From the human T2T-CHM13v2.0 reference genome, Homo sapiens: DNA of 64,000 nt. Position numbers and translations under genes: made by a program. The DNA is taken from NCBI RefSeq assembly GCF_009914755.1, contig NC_060933.1, one strand, 5' to 3'. Numbering within the stretch: the first letter of the stretch is position 1; every line of letters starts with the position of its first letter. Of the stretch, positions 57,741 through 64,000 are shown piece after piece. The notes below the pieces were generated by a model, which was given only the letters and a program-made list of their open reading frames with translations, searched no databases and was not told the DNA's origin.

Positions 57741-58299
57741 GGGAAGTGGGAACCATAGCAACTGTCTTAGTACTTATTTACCCAACTTTTATCTATATTC
57801 CATGTAAACAGAATTGTTGCATATAAACATTTTATCTGCATTTTATGGCCGCATTTTATCATTAAAGACACAAAAAAAATTAACCCTTGACACGTCCTTG
57901 CAAATACTCCATTAAGCTTTCCTCAATTCCTCTGGGAGTGTGCAGTCTAATTCTTGTCATGAGTGGATACAGTTCTAGATGAAGAATTATCACCAATATC
58001 TTTAAAATCAGTTAATTCTTCAGAAGCTCCGACTGAATTTTGCCATTTTGACTTTGATTATCATTGTTTCTATTGCATTGCAACTTGAGTATAAAATCGA
58101 GAGCAAATGGTTTTAGAGTTTGAAGGCTTCACTACAGCTTTTTGAACCCAAGAGAGCATAATCTTTTAAGATGATGCAAAGGCTTGGGGTTTATTATTTA
58201 CTGTTGATAATAACAAATCAACTTGCTATTAGTAATTATTAATATGCTGTTTCTAGACTTGTCATTTTATAAGCTTAAATTAAGTTTGAAATTTAGTGG

Positions 58300-58435
58300 T
58301 AACATTCTAAACAGTGAGTTTTGGGTTGCATATACCTTTGAAAATGTGATGAAAGCTATGAAACTTCGCAGAAATACGGGCGTACACACAAACTGCAAAA
58401 TGTTCAAGTTTTATACAAGTTAAAACCTCAGTTTT
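58300..58435. mobile_element. MER117-like DNA transposon fragment
   Basis: CCTTTGAAAATGTGATGAAAGCTATG core. Confidence 0.5.
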
Positions 58436-59086
58436 AGAGGCTACTCCACATTCACATGTTTGTCTCCTTCAAAGTTGTGATTACTGATCATGAGACACTA
58501 GCTATGTGAACTCCATAGTCTCAGGAAATTTCATTACCTTTTATTTATATTTTCAAAGAGAGAGTGAGCAAGAGAGAGAAACTACATTACATTTAGATCA
58601 AAATGAAAAGATATTAGGTGATTGAATTGAATGGGTAAATAAAAATGAGTTACATTTCTCTGGCAGTAGGCTGAGTTCAAGTTTTGAAATGTCTGAGTTC
58701 CAAAGCAGTAGAAAATAATATTAAAAACTCACGGCAGGACTAGTATTATAGCCAAGTAATGCACTAATTATAAGAGATTTGAAAGACCTCAAATTTCCAA
58801 GAGAAATCAAATATGAAAATAAGATTAGAAACTGGGAACTCTTCATTTTGTATGAAAATTCCAAATATCTCAAAAGTGGCAATGGCTGCAACATAAAAAT
58901 GCCCATATTGGTCAGATTATTTTTATTTCTACTCTAGTACTGTCTCTACTACTAGCTATAATTTTGCCTACTGTTCTTTCATTTGTTTATTAAATAACAT
59001 TATTTGGATACATTTCTAAGATACTGGTTTAAATGTAAGTTAAAATGAATTTGGTGTTTCTGTGGGCTAAGATGCCAACAGTGTAG

Positions 59087-59387
<301 letters not shown>

Positions 59388-59526
59388 CAATAGTGTATCT
59401 TTAGAGATAACTTTAGGCTACGATCTGGAAGTATTATGGTGGAGATTCCAAAAAGTATATTTTTTGCCTTGTATTTCTTTCTTTTAAAGAAACCCCACAT
59501 AAATGGGCTATTATATTCTAACAGGA

Positions 59527-59572
<46 letters not shown>

Positions 59573-60094
59573 TTGAAACAAAATTAAATGTGAGGTAAAT
59601 CATTTTAAACTTGATTAGGGTGGTGGTGGCTACATGATTGTATGTGTCTGTCAATACTCATAGAATTGTACACCAAAAAGTGAATTTTCCTGCAGGTATT
59701 CAATGGAAAAAAACTGGCAGCATATATTCTTAACTGTGTTAAAATAAATTTTAATAAGCAAGTTGAATGTAAGAAAGGAACTTGAGTGCCAAATACCAAT
59801 GTGAAGTGACATGAAACAAACACACTATGAACATCCAAAAATCTGGATTTACAATGGAAATGTGACAGCTTCTGAAATTAAATCGCACTCAATCATTAAT
59901 TTTCTTTGAGGGTAAGATTTGTACCCTGCTGGGCTTATAATTTTCTCTTTTTGTGCTGTTCATGTGTAAATATTGCCAATTTCATCTGACACAAAAAAGG
60001 AAAACAACTTAATTTTGTTTCTAAGTTAATGAATGGCAGATACTACCCTCCAGATGAGGTACTGTATTATTAGCCTCCAGGCAGTGATTTGAGG

Positions 60095-60148
60095 GGGAAA
60101 AAACCCAAGCCATTTCCAATGTATTTGTAACAAGGAAACAAATTTATT
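60095..60148 (-). terminator. Polyadenylation signal AATAAA (60143-60148) with downstream GU/U-rich element
   Basis: Minus strand reads AATAAA, then ~30 nt, then GGCTTGGGTTTTTT. Further AATAAA at 60520-60525, 61024-61029 and 62906-62911. Confidence 0.75.
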
Positions 60149-63100
60149 GATTTTAAAAGACAAGACACCATTTTGTTTTGAAAAACACAAGAAAGCTAGC
60201 CTGAGTTCAAGTCTGAAATATTCAGAAAAATCCTACTAATATCTTTAGTATGTTCCAGTCATTTGTTTAAACAACACACTAAAAGTTAATATATATTTTT
60301 ATAATTATAAAAGTTCCCCAGTTATTGTACAGTACACAATACAAATCGCCCACAAACTATTATTTAGCTCCTGCCAATTTTGAGAGGACATGATATACTA
60401 AAAGATTTAGCATTTCTCACAAAAATCACATCAGGAAATACGTATTTACAAAATCAAATACATTATACAAAAAACCATCACATGTTATTCGGTAAAGATG
60501 TTTTTAAATAATTAAAAAGTTTATTCAACTGTAGTCCAAAAACTGGAAAAGAACATTACATTATCTCACACATACAATCTCTACAAAAGTTGCTTACCTC
60601 ATTTACATAATATATTCAGTCGATTGTAAAATAAATGTTCAAATATCTCCTAGTGTTACTATGTTTCTGTGCTTGTGGGACTGAATAATGTAATCTGCCA
60701 CTTACTAAGTGAAATTTAAATGATGGCACTTAAAAAAAAATACAGTATCTTAAAAAAACACAATGAAAGAAGTTTTACCTAGAAGGTACGAAAGCCCTGA
60801 GTGATAGTGAAGTTACTGATTGGTAAGCACTACAATTAACCTAATTAAAAGTTTACCACCTCAGGCACAAATTTCCAAGTTTTCTCAAGGCACTCACTTA
60901 AAGTTTCTGTAACCAATGCATTGGTCACCACCATAGGTCCAAATTGATGATGGAAATGAGTAGAGAAAAAAATTTGCTTTGGTACAAAAGATGCTTTTTA
61001 AACGAATAAAGTTCAATAGATTCTTTATTGGGTCATTTAAAATTGTTGTTTAGCAAGTTAAAACAAGGCGATCGTTTCTTCAAAAATACTAATTTACTGA
61101 AGGAAAAATTTACTTGGTTATCAACAGTCAATGGGAGTTTTTATATTTTCTTTCCTCCCCAGAATCAAAATTCTTCTAAAGAATATTTGTTGTCCTCGTT
61201 ATTGAGCTACATAAACAATTCTTACCAAAGATTTTCATTACTCAGGGCTTCCAATCCCAACATCATAATTTATTTAAAAAAAAAAAACAAAGGAAAGAGG
61301 GGAGAAAAAGAATCAAACCAGAACCAAATAAAAGAAGAGACAAAACACATTTTTCTTTTTAAAAAAACATATTATCAATTATTTCAAATGAAAGGAAAAA
61401 AAAATCCTAGGCAGTCACTTTGTAAGTGGCTTTTACTATTTAAGTAAAATTGGTAAACTAAACTCAGGTCTACTGGCACATAAAATCACTAGCAGCAATG
61501 ATCAAGGCATGCAAACTGAGAAGCATTTACAGTAAATCATCATGAAGAATTCAAAAGAAGAGAGTTAAATTAAAACCCTTTGAGTATTGCATGTTAACAC
61601 ATGAGTAATTTGCATGGTCTGACTTCCTAAACTGCCTAAAAAGCAACGTTTACGGCATACTTGCACTATGCTATGGATGTCCTTTCACCAGACATCAGAA
61701 TAGGTTACACTCTTATTTGCACCCAGCTAGGGCAGCGCAAGCACATCTGCAGACAACACTGCTTTCATGTTCGATCACGCAGGGAACAGAGGGAATCAAG
61801 TGCACGAAGAGATTCCCTTGAACAAAATCAGCAATGGTGTAAGCAGACTGACATTTAGAGATATCAGAAGCAGTAGTCATAGCATCTCCTGACAGATGAG
61901 CTTAAAATCAAGTGCTTTGCTCTCCATTCTATCTATATATAATTTTTTGACAACGTATTAAAGTTTTGGAGCATAGATAAAATTATGCCCTGTGTGAAAT
62001 TCGCAAACAATATTTTATGAGCGATCTAACTCCAAATAGCCTAACTGCCCCCAAAGAGTTCAGATTCTCTTAATCCACTCGAACTCGTTTCTTCCTAAGG
62101 CTTTACTTACACTTGTACTTTCTAAAGCTAAATAAATGAGATCTTTTGATTCATTTTGGGAAAAAAAAGACAAAAAAAAAAGAAACTTAACCCTTTCTTT
62201 ATACCTTTTAAAGGCAATCTAGGTACCTTCAATGTGCAGAAATCAGTTATGACATAGGTCTATCCAGGCCCATGTATTTGTCCTCCTTTTCTAGAGACTA
62301 TGGTGTGATACTAGAAAAGTTGATTTTTTTTTTCTGTAAACAGTACACTTACTTAGATGGCAGTGAATATTTGGGAATAAATATATCAAGCCCTCTTGAA
62401 GAAAAATTAAGAGTTGTATATAAAATGCAAGTGTTCGGCGTGGAAACACTTTCTCTTCCTACCCCCCCCCTTTAAAAAAACAGCATAATTAGACATTTGG
62501 ATATAGAGTATACTTTACCGGTCTAAGTCTAAATAAATGATCTGAAAGGCTTTTGTCCCCCATTGTATATCTTACAATGCTCAAAGGGTTAATACAAGGC
62601 ATTACATCAAAGGGGTTTTCTAATACTAGAACTAAGCACTGAATTAATGCTTCTATTCCAGTTTTTAAAAATCACCAAACTTGCAGAAATACTAGGATTC
62701 CATTAATTGATTCGTTCTAACCATATACATGGAGGTTGTTCTGATCTAACAACAAGCCCAATTTTCAACAGCACTGCATGCCAATCCTCCTCCCCCATGA
62801 TCTGCTGTGATTCATACAGATCACAAAAGTTCTCATCTCAATTTCTGGATGGTTGTTCTTTTCTCACCAAGAATGTGTGTGTCTGGGGGATATAATAAAG
62901 GTCAATTTATTGTATATAACCACTGCCTCAAATTGTACACAAAGGTGACTTGCCAAGTTTTTTCTTTCTACTTGTGTCCACACAGGGAGGACCAACATCA
63001 CAGTGACACTATTTTTTTTTTCCTTTTACACTAATGTTTCAAGCACAGCATTATTTTAGACATTTCAAATATATCATCTGAGGAATTTTTAAAAATTTGA

Positions 63101-64000
63101 AAATGCATTTAGCACTTTTAGACAGTGCATTCATATAAAAAGATTCATGATTACGGCACTAAAACCGTATTCATTCCTGAATAACTTTTACAGCATTCTA
63201 CAAGAACGTATTCATTTTTACTTGTCTACTACAAATCAAAGGCAGTCAATGCTGCACACTACTAATTTTAGGTATGCAGTGTTAAAACCATTTTCTAAAT
63301 TTTACTTTTGTTTTTAAAGTACACCATCTAAAGAGAGGTGCATAAACCGTGCTATACAGTACAAGAAAAATCACACAAAGGAAAGCAGATTTCTGAAAAG
63401 GCAGTAAGACTTATACAGTCAGTCCAAACACAGTTTGGATGAAAATCCTGAATAAGTGACTAGCAACTTGATAGCCAAAGAAAAAATTGAAAATTGGGCT
63501 CTGTCTTCCAAGGAGATGGTTCATCCATTCCACCCTATTGTTCACTGGTTTCATGAATGCAAATCTTTTGAGTATGATTTTCAAACTATATGTCAAGATC
63601 AAACTATACCCATGATACTCAATCCTATCATATGAAAATATCTTTTCTGAAACTTGAAAACAGTCAACATACCTTCCTTACATTCTTCCTCACTGAAAGT
63701 GTAGGACTTGGTTTATGTAGGTATATTTCATGACTAGTGATTGGTTATAATTGCAAGAAATACAAAGAAGTCTTAAAATGTGTACTTGTGTCATTTGTGA
63801 ATAAATCTGTTGAGTGTTAGTGTCTAATATTATTTAGAAAACCCACACTTTCAATGAGTGAAAAAAGGGAAAAAGGGAAATAAATGCAATAAATGTGATT
63901 GCTCAATTTGCTCAAATGTATAAATTGTTTTTATTTTCTTATATATTTTTCACAATTCAAATTCGAAATTGATGAAAATGTTTGTGTGTATGTCTGTGCA
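60120..64000 (-). other. 3'UTR / terminal exon of an unidentified minus-strand gene extending beyond the window
   Basis: About 4 kb without recognisable TEs, U-rich on the minus strand, many miRNA seed matches and a Pumilio element, ending in a canonical poly(A) site. Confidence 0.8.

Noticed and set aside
63411-63602. Terminal coding exon (LLVTYSGFSSKLCLD* or VASHLFRIFIQTVFGLTV*) after a possible acceptor near 63467
   Set aside because: The acceptor is weak (AAG) and neither peptide matches a C-terminus I recognise. It cannot be distinguished from UTR without alignment.

Overview
Human/great-ape genomic DNA (AluJ/S/Y and an L1PA2-type insertion; AT-rich, repeat-dense). No recognisable protein-coding exon of a known gene lies in the window, and nearly all ORFs in the track are repeat-derived or chance ORFs. 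Layout: (i) a CpG island at ~22.7-23.8 kb that looks like a bidirectional promoter, with a minus-strand first-exon donor at 23022 and a plus-strand donor at 23716; (ii) 1-22.6 kb is probably the 5' intronic region of a minus-strand transcript, with a well-formed internal exon at 9833-9981 and a possible 4-nt microexon at 11731-11734; (iii) 24-59.5 kb is TE-rich sequence with nested LTRs, an ERVL integrase/dUTPase relic, a 17-bp VNTR and candidate exons of a plus-strand lncRNA; (iv) 60.1-64 kb is a repeat-free, U-rich 3'UTR of another minus-strand gene, with a poly(A) signal at 60143-60148 and dense miRNA/Pumilio sites. I could not identify either gene, so no symbols are given. Repeat subfamily names are from memory of consensus sequences and need RepeatMasker/Dfam confirmation. 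I found no clear new biological system. The best leads are the spliced small ORFs and uORF-rich leader at the CpG island, the microexon or recursive-like splice site, a micro-retrocopy, a templated insertion, a TSD-less AluY and a palindrome cluster.
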